DNA of 64,000 nucleotides from an uncultured virus (IMG/VR IMGVR_UViG_3300031758_000043) (Duplodnaviria > Heunggongvirae > Uroviricota > Caudoviricetes). Below, piece by piece: positions 11,301 to 21,384 of the stretch (positions are counted from its first letter, which is position 1; every line of letters begins with the position of its first letter). The stretch covers positions 1-64,000 of IMG/VR virus record IMGVR_UViG_3300031758_000043. One strand, 5' to 3'. Position numbers and translations under genes: made by a program. Under the pieces are notes generated by a model that did no database searches, was not told where the DNA came from, and worked only from the letters and a program-made list of their open reading frames with translations.

Positions 11301-11427
11301 TCTCAAATAGGTATGCTGAAATTGGTTCAAAGTAGATAGCCCCTTTCCAGACTTCGTTAATAGCATCGTACTCTAGGTTCAGGTTCTTTCCGAACTTATC
11401 AAAGAAGTTGAGATTTTGAACATTCAT
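8359..11427 (-). CDS. Putative baseplate wedge-like protein with two PKD/Ig-like segments
   Basis: 1022 aa; contains an IGTYRGLANIVNLLGY segment reminiscent of baseplate proteins and two W...GxYxVxxExxD-type segments; late motif upstream. Confidence 0.5.
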   Translation of the reverse strand: MNVQNLNFFDKFGKNLNLEYDAINEVWKGAIYFEPISAYLFENENLFILEKVGNAYKFPTLVQNESLIFSWKDSKNSDEFFLYDVIRDLELQENFINKIETKTFAHSDYSNLSSPLDLRFPLQANIAFNPYTEARYERTLLVHRKIGAVTELIVEISFYGEGEEEEDRFKVWCQNFGIKFLREDANVLKDYDIKEAYPDLEALNAARKNLLVNKEEVFPYIGTYRGLANIVNLLGYKDVLRVKEYWINSNPRSPYFNTLTMVDLTDYLDDGKIDTLDLVDANRGLKEGSQFKKTEFLALVYEFTQMTDEFDDDGIPLVQETTDFSVNEIFYKLDLLRKKLKNEFIPINVKIRDIIGEFIYFQKLTINYWSDSTKIRDYDINEPAKVTLYPGNDTNLVLRSLDPLYRTAEPNGIDFGVVQLNESSKNPFESFQFYTREEIPGIVDYIEKYYVEIRDQRIPDLNARLSWEFGDDPQRVIGAPVVLTADVGRFTIADLRGVRIDDLDAIAPGLDPYWTLENIDFKNYYEINWRIVKASPNPYNFEYRGKLVDLHILPHFLPYAGEYRVIIELFDFCGNVSTFSKFVTVSDQMKPEIIAFSRLEDKFEYSVQNLSNVRLQDFGASPIYYPKVNVLNNEDSAVEINVYKNLLEWISFYKNSYGLGQNLYLAELYNSDTGQFVPYLDPAQSHPEKLSWGLGENDIPITLKDFRDVRVGDMYWMRLTDLVYVDDFNAGFYIKVPPPGSIIKISLYSDYVVPNYSTVDELITILNESNHPAIRLFNYEIINGRIHAQAEYLSRIMYHMLYSPGQFSPSPGFSPSPGGGGNGAGGKNDEYTFFLPKKVFSASLISFLQSISPVFDVETLFLFAKTSDVINGAVQDPVFWRDEKYWKYVNDEQIGYLPTTIDQNVFNITDIKLFNGTFAAPKNAICFFVVNNLDGKSDFVWTLKNDITGEEVIKVRSVPFFVWKFKDLGNFTLSVEVYDNRKTKYETVVQNFIRVLNKTSYVNEIETRLNERKVQLLKNKPY
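8974..9009. repeat. Perfect 18-bp tandem repeat (2 copies) encoding FSPSPG
   Basis: TCCTGGGCTTGGGCTAAA at 8974-8991 and 8992-9009. Confidence 0.9.
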
Positions 11428-11468
11428 TCGCTTTTTCTTGCCTTTATGTTATTTATTAAGATTTAGAG

Positions 11469-11867
11469 CTAGATGCTGTAAACTGAACTTTCTCCATTAG
11501 AATTGATAGAGATGAAATCTAGGCTCTCGTCAGAGTCTAAGCCAGTTTTACGGTGTATGCTCTTCCACTGTTTTGCGTAACCGTTTTTACAGATCTGAGT
11601 AAAATAAGCAAAGGCGTTTGGTGTCGCCATTTTGCTCTCGTCAAAGCTCTTCCAATATTTTAGGCAGTCTAATATGGCAGACTGTACGCAGTCTTCCTTG
11701 TCTCGATAGTCCTTAAAGTATAGTCGATCTACTGCTCGGTTTGCGAGTGAGATAAAACAGTTTACTGAGAACTCCGAGAGCTCTCCGTTATTTTTACATT
11801 TAATGATGTCAGCTGTGAATTCCTTATTATTGATATAGTGGGTGTCCCCTCTTCTTTTTCTTGCCAT
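11469..11867 (-). CDS. T4 gp55-like late transcription sigma factor
   Basis: Motifs HYINNKEF and NAFAYFTQI are characteristic of gp55-like proteins. Confidence 0.8.
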   Translation of the reverse strand: MARKRRGDTHYINNKEFTADIIKCKNNGELSEFSVNCFISLANRAVDRLYFKDYRDKEDCVQSAILDCLKYWKSFDESKMATPNAFAYFTQICKNGYAKQWKSIHRKTGLDSDESLDFISINSNGESSVYSI

Positions 11868-11877
11868 TTATCCAAGA

Positions 11878-12537
11878 TTATTTTGAAAGCTGGTAGACCT
11901 TCGCTATTCCTAGATAAGAGTCCACCATGTCAATGATTGGGGAGACTATTCGTTCCCCATCGACTATCCATTTCTCTTGGTTAACGGCTTGAAAAAGATC
12001 AGAGTTCTTTACTGCTTCCATGCCAGGATCCTCTTTAAAACGTTCAAAGATGTCCTTTTTGTTAGCGTTTCCCTTGCAGCCTATCGCGTTCTTTAGCTCG
12101 CTAGGGCTAAAGATAAAGAGTCGGTCGGCTTGACCTTTTAGTACCTTTGTTAAGAGTTCGTGCTTTAAGATTCCTGTTGATTGTGAAATATCGACCAGTG
12201 AGTTTCCTTTAGATCCAAATGAGATGCCTTCTAGAGCAACGATTACTTCATCGTCGCCTACTTCAGATAAGAGTTCAGAGATAATTAAATTGATGAGTTC
12301 TTGGTAGTTTATCAGTTTCGTCCTTTCGGTGATGTGATACTCTGGATGAGTCTTTCGGATAGTGCTAGTCTTTAGGATCTTTATGGCTGGATACTTTTGA
12401 GTAAGGTAGTCCAAGTTAGCTTGATCGGCTTTCTTTAGCTTAGTGTTTACTACAGAAAACCACTTAAACTCTTTTAGGTCCTTACAGACACAGATTCCAG
12501 GATAAAGAATAGAAAAGTCTATGCTGACTATCGTCAT
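11878..12537 (-). CDS. RuvC-like Holliday junction resolvase
   Basis: N-terminal SIDFSxxxPG, ALEGISFGS, PSELK...GNANK and C-terminal DMVDSY form the RuvC-like acidic catalytic pattern. Confidence 0.75.
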   Translation of the reverse strand: MTIVSIDFSILYPGICVCKDLKEFKWFSVVNTKLKKADQANLDYLTQKYPAIKILKTSTIRKTHPEYHITERTKLINYQELINLIISELLSEVGDDEVIVALEGISFGSKGNSLVDISQSTGILKHELLTKVLKGQADRLFIFSPSELKNAIGCKGNANKKDIFERFKEDPGMEAVKNSDLFQAVNQEKWIVDGERIVSPIIDMVDSYLGIAKVYQLSK

Positions 12538-12608
12538 TCATAACTGATATTTTTTAGATGCTCTAGTTATACTATGCAGCTTTAAAAAAGTTCTTGATTT
12601 CAAAAATA

Positions 12609-12617
12609 TTATTTATC
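12609..12617 (-). promoter_or_regulatory. Late-promoter-like motif (G/A)ATAAATAA, representative copy
   Basis: Same motif at 8349, 11449, 29262, 33297, 47468, 49104, 49632, 50911, 52915, 62576 (minus) and 18703, 19996, 23186, 23902 (plus); resembles the T4 late promoter TATAAATA. Confidence 0.7.
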
Positions 12618-12650
12618 TTTGAAAACCTTTGCTATTTTCCCTAGTACAAT

Positions 12651-12725
12651 GGGATGGCGGGTGGGTTACTAGTAGTATTACTTTAATCTTACTTTAATCT
12701 TACTAGATAGTACTCTAGTATACTC
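12651..12725. repeat. G-rich tract plus tandem 11-mers and TAGTA/TACTA motifs in a divergent intergenic region (possible origin)
   Basis: GGGATGGCGGGTGGG (12651-12665); TTACTTTAATC x2 (12678-12699) plus TTACT; several ACTAGT/AGTACT/GTATAC palindromes. Confidence 0.6.
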
Positions 12726-12782
12726 GTGCACACGGAAAAAGCGAAATTTTAAGAATTCCCCTAAATTTAGTATAATATCTCT

Positions 12783-13748
12783 ATGAGATTAGGATACTGT
12801 TGCATCAACCTTAGCCTTAGAGATAAAGGCATTACCGCTAACCGCGGCATGATCAAAAAGACTTGGCAGGAGCAGGGCATGGCCCGAGCCAGCGAGCTTG
12901 CGATCCTTAACTTGACCGATCTGTATGAGATCATCAAGTGGAATATCGAACATGATATCCAAGTCTATCGCATGTCTAGCGATATCTTTCCCTGGATGAG
13001 CGAGTATAGGTTTGAGGAATTACCAAAATACGAAGAGATATGCTCTCTCCTCAAGCGAATAGGCTCGCTAGCCATGCAAAACAATATACGTCTATCCTTT
13101 CATCCTGGCCAGTTTGACGTGCTTGCTTCTCCTAATCCTGACGTGGTTAGTAAGACCATTTATGACTTGGACCAACACGCTAGGATCATGGATCTCATGG
13201 GTCTACCTCAAGACTATCGTTCTCCCATCAACATTCACATCGGTGGATCGTATGGAGACAAGGAAAGCGCTTTGTCTAGGTTCTGTGAAAACTTCAAGCG
13301 ACTCGCCCCCTCCACGCAAGCTAGGCTGGTGGTTGAAAACGACGATAAAGCGAGCCAGTTCTCAGTCAAGGATCTCTACTATGGCGTCTACCGTGTAGTG
13401 GGTTGCCCAGTCACATTCGATCACCTACACCACAGGTTCTGTACAGGTGATCTCTCTGCCAGCGAGGCCGCTCACTTGGCTGCTTCTACCTGGCACGGCT
13501 TTACTCCCATGCAGCACTACTCCAGTTCCAAGTCACTGTATGAGGACTCTTCAGCGATCAACCGTTCCCATGCTGATTACGTCTATGATCTTATTCCAAG
13601 CTATGGTCTTGATGTAGACGTTGAGGTCGAAGCCAAAGCCAAGGACCTAGCCGTTTTAAAATATCGTCAAGATTTAGTATCTAATGACCCAGTATTACAA
13701 AACCCAATTTTATTCGAATTTGAAAGTTATGAAAATGTACAAGATTGA
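12783..13748 (+). CDS. uvsE: UV DNA damage endonuclease
   Basis: Motifs RLGYCCIN, YRMSSDIFPW, HPGQF, ENDDK, FDHLHH, HYS, HADY and EAKAKD. Confidence 0.93.
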   Translation: MRLGYCCINLSLRDKGITANRGMIKKTWQEQGMARASELAILNLTDLYEIIKWNIEHDIQVYRMSSDIFPWMSEYRFEELPKYEEICSLLKRIGSLAMQNNIRLSFHPGQFDVLASPNPDVVSKTIYDLDQHARIMDLMGLPQDYRSPINIHIGGSYGDKESALSRFCENFKRLAPSTQARLVVENDDKASQFSVKDLYYGVYRVVGCPVTFDHLHHRFCTGDLSASEAAHLAASTWHGFTPMQHYSSSKSLYEDSSAINRSHADYVYDLIPSYGLDVDVEVEAKAKDLAVLKYRQDLVSNDPVLQNPILFEFESYENVQD

Positions 13749-14184
13749 GCTTAATGAGACACAACTAGTAGTGATGCAAGAGGCACTAGAATTCTATTCA
13801 AGGTTCCTACATGGACAGGTCGACCGAATTCCCTTTTCTCTAGACTTTAGGCTAAAGAACGAACATCGTCCTTGCTACAACAACCAGATACTTGATGATG
13901 CCTTTTGGGTCATTAAAAGAGAGATGTTTGGACTTAAGAATCGAGGAGCGTCATATCCGATTGGTGCTAGAACAATAAACACTTTAGAGGAGGACAAGGA
14001 GTTACCTGAACCTCAAATCGCTTACGAAATGTACAAGATGATACTTTACTTATGGCGCCAGGAATCAATCACCAAGGCAATCACAGAGGGCAAGGATCCA
14101 GGCTGGACCGTTCATGATGATCTGCCCTTGCACTATTCGGATCAGCCCTTCATAAAAATCAAAAAAATAGAGCAAAATGGATAA
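13729..14184 (+). CDS. Hypothetical protein
   Basis: ORF track frame; start moved to the in-frame ATG at 13729 to reduce overlap with uvsE. Confidence 0.65.
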   Translation: MKMYKIELNETQLVVMQEALEFYSRFLHGQVDRIPFSLDFRLKNEHRPCYNNQILDDAFWVIKREMFGLKNRGASYPIGARTINTLEEDKELPEPQIAYEMYKMILYLWRQESITKAITEGKDPGWTVHDDLPLHYSDQPFIKIKKIEQNG

Positions 14185-14770
14185 AATCTTTTTACCCAAG
14201 AACCTAATGAGCCTAGTATCAAAAGGCAGAGAAAGGTTTCTTAGTTTTTCATCAGACTACATGAAGAAGTATGATAGTCGAGAGAAATTTAGAGTAGGAG
14301 TTTCGTGGCACGTTCCCACACAGTTCCTTATCGATCTCATGAAGAAACACTCACCGCTAGTTTCCGTAGGAAGCGGTTTTGCATACACTGAGAGCCTTGC
14401 AATAGAACAGGGAGTCGACATCATACCTACTGATTTATCTCCAAACGTAAATAATAGTTGGTGCAGAGAGGGAAAGTTCTTTTGTGAGGTCGAGGAGATA
14501 GACGCAGTGTTTGCGGTTGACAAGTATAAAGACCGAAATGTGTTTATGGCATGGCCCCCTTACGATACTTCAATGGCATACGATGTTGCCTTTACAATGC
14601 TCCCAGGTCAGTGCTTGATATACATCGGTGAGGGTTACGGAGGATGTAACGGAGACGACCAGTTTTTTGATTACTTAGAGAATCATTTTGAAGAGGTCGA
14701 TCGTTTGACCATTCCTCAATGGTTTGGTCTACATGATTACTGTTCAGTTCACATAAAAAAATCTAAATGA
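14177..14770 (+). CDS. Putative SAM-dependent methyltransferase-fold protein
   Basis: LVSVGSGFAY (glycine-rich motif I-like), FMAWPPYD and LIYIGEGYGGC. Confidence 0.5.
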   Translation: MDKIFLPKNLMSLVSKGRERFLSFSSDYMKKYDSREKFRVGVSWHVPTQFLIDLMKKHSPLVSVGSGFAYTESLAIEQGVDIIPTDLSPNVNNSWCREGKFFCEVEEIDAVFAVDKYKDRNVFMAWPPYDTSMAYDVAFTMLPGQCLIYIGEGYGGCNGDDQFFDYLENHFEEVDRLTIPQWFGLHDYCSVHIKKSK

Positions 14771-15339
14771 TGAAAAGTATCAGACTTTGGTGGAAGTTCG
14801 ATGGTCAGTACTATCACAAGGACTTTGCAAACGGCATACTAAACCTATGGAGGTGGTTTCCAACAATTTGGAAAGATCGTAACTGGGATCAGTCCTACAT
14901 ATACAAGATAATAGCTAAAAAGCTAGAGCTTCAAGCGGATTACATCGGTAGTCGCGATTTTCACGTTGACGCTAAACGCGACGCTGAGCGTATGCGGCTA
15001 GTCATTAGACTCATTGAACACCAATTGGAAGACACGTATGAAATCGAATACATGGATTATCATGATATTAAATACGATTTTATTCCAACTGACGAGACTG
15101 AAAAGTGGTATGAGATGAAGGACACTCATATATCTGAAAAGTACGATGAATTTTTTGCAAAGTATCCCCGTCAATATAAAAGAGCTCTTAGTGGAGAGAT
15201 TAGTCGATTCAATAGGAGTGAAGATCCGATTGAGAATAAAAAACTAATAGCAATGGACATATCTCATGAAAACCAAGAGAGGTCTCGTGAGTTATTATTT
15301 AAGATAATGAGCGATCACATCGAGAGATGGTGGGACTAA
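14767..15339 (+). CDS. Hypothetical phage protein
   Basis: 190 aa, ATGA-coupled to the upstream gene; Trp-rich ends (W...WKDRNWD, ERWWD). Confidence 0.7.
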   Translation: MMKSIRLWWKFDGQYYHKDFANGILNLWRWFPTIWKDRNWDQSYIYKIIAKKLELQADYIGSRDFHVDAKRDAERMRLVIRLIEHQLEDTYEIEYMDYHDIKYDFIPTDETEKWYEMKDTHISEKYDEFFAKYPRQYKRALSGEISRFNRSEDPIENKKLIAMDISHENQERSRELLFKIMSDHIERWWD

Positions 15340-15349
15340 ATAAATCAGC

Positions 15350-15598
15350 ATGGCTTTAAAAATCATAAAATTTGTATTCATTCCAATCATATTGATTCAG
15401 ATACTTGTAGTGATCTATTTTTCTTATAAAAAGAATAATACGTGTGCCACTAGGATCCTAATGAAAGACGGTACCGAATATCTTGTAGTAAGAACCTTTC
15501 ACACAAATGATGGCATGACATGGATGAAGGACTGTGCAGGAAGTGAAAAAAGTTTTCCGACAGTCGATATCAAAACAATTGAACAAATAAATCAATAA
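15350..15598 (+). CDS. Small membrane-anchored hypothetical protein
   Basis: N-terminal hydrophobic stretch FVFIPIILIQILVVIYF. Confidence 0.65.
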   Translation: MALKIIKFVFIPIILIQILVVIYFSYKKNNTCATRILMKDGTEYLVVRTFHTNDGMTWMKDCAGSEKSFPTVDIKTIEQINQ

Positions 15599-15599
15599 T

Positions 15600-16333
15600 A
15601 TGTACACACCTAATGAACTATCAAAGATGGTCTTTTTTGACCTAGAAACCGCACCGGAATTTGAATCACTAGATTCTCTCGCGATTCATAAACCCAAGAT
15701 GGCTGAGCTCTGGTCAAAGCGTTGTGAATACCTACGCTCTAGATTTGAGGAGAACAAGGACCTTACTGACGAGGAACTTTACACGACAAAAGCTGCCTTG
15801 ACTCCCGAGTTTGCACGTATCGTTTGTGCGTCATTCGGTCGAGTGGGTTATAAAGATGGAGAGGCGTCAGTCATCATCAAAAGTTATAGCTCAACTTCTG
15901 AATCTGAAATACTTGACGGTATTGAAAAAGTCTTTACTAATTTCGCAACAATGAAATTTGTAGGACACAACATCAAGCGATTTGATGTGCCGATGATGTG
16001 TAAGAGACTCTTAATCAACAGTCGATCTCTACCGAAAGGGCTACAGATTCAAAACCTAAAACCTTGGGAGATGCCATTCATCGATACTTCAGAGTTATGG
16101 AGTTTTGGCGCTTGGCAAGAAAGCTTTGCTTCCCTTGAGTTACTCGTAACATCAATCGGTCTTGATACTCCAAAGAGCGATATTCGAGGAGAAGAAGTAG
16201 GTCGAGTTTTTTGGGAAGAAATGAATGTTCAACGAATCACGGAATACTGTCAACGCGATGTGCTGGCAACAATTCAAGCTCTTTTAAAACTTTCCGGTCA
16301 ACCGGTAGTAGAAGAGTTTGAATTACAAGCATA

Positions 16334-16334
<1 letters not shown>
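15600..16334 (+). CDS. Stand-alone DnaQ-like 3'-5' exonuclease (PolB exo2-like)
   Basis: ExoI FFDLET, ExoII GHNIKRFDVP, ExoIII YCQRDV. Confidence 0.85.
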
Positions 16335-18702
<2,368 letters not shown>

Positions 18703-18726
18703 GATAAATAAACAAGGTTTAATAAG

Positions 18727-18755
18727 AAAGGAGATAGCTAAACTATCTCCTTTTT
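18727..18755 (+). terminator. Rho-independent terminator after groEL
   Basis: AAAGGAGATAG-CTAAA-CTATCTCCTTTTT. Confidence 0.85.
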
Positions 18756-18803
18756 GTCTAAAACTATTTTAACTACCTGTGTATAAGCTTTAAAAATAAA
18801 AAA

Positions 18804-19961
18804 ATGTCAAACCAAGACCCATTTAAAATTACCGGAAAATACAACACTTCCGTAAAACTAACAGACGATGACAAGAAGAGTGGAGTAAAAATATTTTGCC
18901 ATGAACCGTATGCTCAAGAGCTATATGATGCAATGGTCAAGTATGAAAAATCAAACTCTAGAATTTCAAAGGACCTTCAAGAAGGAGCCGTCTGTAAAGT
19001 AATAGCAAAAACCATCTCATACGACGATAAGACTATCTATGCAGAAGATATTTCTTCTAGCATGCCAGTCGCGATTCCATTTAGAGAATTCTCAAAGGAC
19101 ATGAGCGCTCTTGCAAACGGAGAAGACCGTGAGTTTTTTGTGATGATTTACAAGTCTACAAAGTTTGGTGAAAACTTCGGGTCAGAGAAGAAAGCCCTTT
19201 CAATATCCTATAAGCAAGAGCTATTTGATCACTTGAATGAGGATCAGTGGTTTGACGTTACAATCACAAAGCTAATTAAAGGAGGATACCTTGCTCTCTA
19301 CAAGAAAGAGATCGAATGTTTTATTCCAGGTTCACACGCAGCAGCCAATATCATTCATAACTTTAATGACATGCTGAATAAGACACTGACTGTCATGGTA
19401 GATAACTATGATCAAGCAAATGACCTATTCATCCTTTCATACAAGAAGTACGTCACTCAATCGATGCCTACTATGATTGAGAATCTAGAGTTCAATAGAG
19501 AATATACTGGTGTACTAACCAGTAAACCTTATGACTTTGGAGTCTTTGTTGAGATTGACGGTTACTTCACAGGTCTTATACATCAGTCTGAATTTGAAGA
19601 CTATGAGATCACTAAGAGAACCTTGAAAACGGGAGACACTCTTCCTGTTTACGTTAAAGATATCACTACAAAAGGTTCGCAGTTTAGAATCGTTCTTACT
19701 CTTAAGTCTGACAACGTTAATTCTGAAAAATTAGCTTGGCAGAACCTAAAAGAGAAGACTCAAAATAAGTGTTTCCCATACGACGTCAATTCTAAAAAGA
19801 ATTCCATTTCTATTGAGATTGACGGTGAAAACTTTGAAGTGTCTCTAAAGCGTAGAGACTTGGACAAGAACCTAAGTCGATACCCATTCGTTAAGGTTTC
19901 TAAGGTAGATTTGATCAATAAGAGCCTAAAATTTGAGTTCGTTGAAGAATCTTCAAATTAA
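18804..19961 (+). CDS. Ribosomal protein S1-like multi-S1-domain RNA-binding protein
   Basis: S1-repeat-like segments ITKLIKGGY...CFIPGSH and DFGVFVEIDGYFTGLIHQSEF. Confidence 0.75.
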   Translation: MSNQDPFKITGKYNTSVKLTDDDKKSGVKIFCHEPYAQELYDAMVKYEKSNSRISKDLQEGAVCKVIAKTISYDDKTIYAEDISSSMPVAIPFREFSKDMSALANGEDREFFVMIYKSTKFGENFGSEKKALSISYKQELFDHLNEDQWFDVTITKLIKGGYLALYKKEIECFIPGSHAAANIIHNFNDMLNKTLTVMVDNYDQANDLFILSYKKYVTQSMPTMIENLEFNREYTGVLTSKPYDFGVFVEIDGYFTGLIHQSEFEDYEITKRTLKTGDTLPVYVKDITTKGSQFRIVLTLKSDNVNSEKLAWQNLKEKTQNKCFPYDVNSKKNSISIEIDGENFEVSLKRRDLDKNLSRYPFVKVSKVDLINKSLKFEFVEESSN

Positions 19962-20110
19962 TTTTACAAGGATGGCTCTCATCAATTCTTGACCTGATAA
20001 ATAAATTAGAATCTTAAACGATTTAATCTGGATTAAGCATACAAATAAAAAAATCTAACAATTAGCGATGCTGATAGTATAGCCTCGCTGTCTAAAAAAA
20101 CAAGAAGAAA

Positions 20111-21118
20111 ATGGCAAACTCACTCTTTACTGAACGCGTAGAATACAAACCATTCGAATACCCTATCTATTACACTGAAGGCTGGTTAAAGCAAGCTCAA
20201 GCCTTTTGGCTTCACACTGAGATCTCAATGCAGGGAGACATTAAGGACTGGAATGAGCACTTGAGTAAAGCTGAAAAGAATCTAGTAGGTAATATCCTTT
20301 TGGGGTTTGCTCAGACTGAGTGTGCAGTCTCAGACTATTGGACTGGAATGGTATCTAAGTGGTTTCCTAAGCATGAAATAAAGCAGATGGCCATGATCTT
20401 CGGTTCTCAAGAAACCATACACGCGACCGCTTATTCATATTTGAATGAATCACTAGGTTTGGAAGATTTTAAAGCATTTTTACATGAGCCAGCAATCGCT
20501 CAAAAATTTGAATACTTACTAGAGACGAATTACGATTACTCATACACTGATCTTGCTGAATCATCAGATGCCCGTAGAGACGTTGCTCGCTCTCTTGCTA
20601 TATTTTCCGCATTTGCTGAAGGAGTATCCCTCTACTCATCCTTTGCTGTTCTCTATTCTTTTCAAATGCGTAATCTCTTAAAAGGAATAGGCCAGCAAAT
20701 GAAATGGTCAGTTCGCGATGAGTCTTTACACTCTAAGATGGGATGTCAATTATTTAGACACATGTGCGAAGAATATCCAGAACTAAAAGAAGCGGTTCGA
20801 TCTCAAGTTGAAGAGGCCGCTGCTATCATGGTAGAGATGGAGTTGACATTTATCGATAAGATGTTTGAGATGGGAGATCTTGAGAACCTAAAATCCAACG
20901 ATCTTAAGGAATTCATCAAGAAGAGAGCTAATGAGAAACTTAATGAGTTAGGTTATGAGTCAATATTTAATTATGACGAATATCTAGCTTCTGAACTTGA
21001 CTGGTTTTATCATCTTACTGGAGGACACACTCACACAGATTTCTTTGCGATCCGACCTACTGATTATGCAAAGGCTGGCGAAAACGAAGATTGGGACGAA
21101 GACTCACTTTTTAGTTAA
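20111..21118 (+). CDS. nrdB: Class Ia ribonucleotide reductase beta subunit
   Basis: Motifs ETIHATAYS, FAEGVSLYSSFAVL, RDESLH and HTDFF. Confidence 0.95.
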   Translation: MANSLFTERVEYKPFEYPIYYTEGWLKQAQAFWLHTEISMQGDIKDWNEHLSKAEKNLVGNILLGFAQTECAVSDYWTGMVSKWFPKHEIKQMAMIFGSQETIHATAYSYLNESLGLEDFKAFLHEPAIAQKFEYLLETNYDYSYTDLAESSDARRDVARSLAIFSAFAEGVSLYSSFAVLYSFQMRNLLKGIGQQMKWSVRDESLHSKMGCQLFRHMCEEYPELKEAVRSQVEEAAAIMVEMELTFIDKMFEMGDLENLKSNDLKEFIKKRANEKLNELGYESIFNYDEYLASELDWFYHLTGGHTHTDFFAIRPTDYAKAGENEDWDEDSLFS

Positions 21119-21327
21119 TGGAAAAATCAGTATTACAACTATGGGAAGAGTATTGCGAGTCGGCTCATGCCAAGAGCATAGATTCTCCCTACATCATCGT
21201 CAGTGAAGAGTTATCAAAAAAAATAAGAGAGATAAATGGAAGAATTAGAAAAAGAGATAGAAGTTTGCTTGGGAGTGGGCACAAATCAAATATTTCCCGA
21301 GATCATAAAGATCAAAGTACCAATTAA
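21118..21327 (+). CDS. Small hypothetical protein
   Basis: TAATG-coupled to nrdB; overlaps the alternative ORF at 21236. Confidence 0.35.
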   Translation: MEKSVLQLWEEYCESAHAKSIDSPYIIVSEELSKKIREINGRIRKRDRSLLGSGHKSNISRDHKDQSTN

Positions 21328-21382
21328 CTTTAATCCGGATCACGCTTGGGAAAGAGTAGAAGAAGAATCAAATAAACAATAA
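21236..21382 (+). CDS. Small hypothetical protein (48 aa)
   Basis: Read manually: MEELEKEIEVCLGVGTNQIFPEIIKIKVPINFNPDHAWERVEEESNKQ; ends 2 nt before the nrdA start. Confidence 0.45.
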   Translation: MEELEKEIEVCLGVGTNQIFPEIIKIKVPINFNPDHAWERVEEESNKQ

Positions 21383-21384
21383 AA

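Noticed and set aside
19962..20110. Riboswitch or ncRNA upstream of nrdB
   Set aside because: Only a weak imperfect hairpin (AGCGA...TCGCT) in AT-rich sequence; insufficient support.
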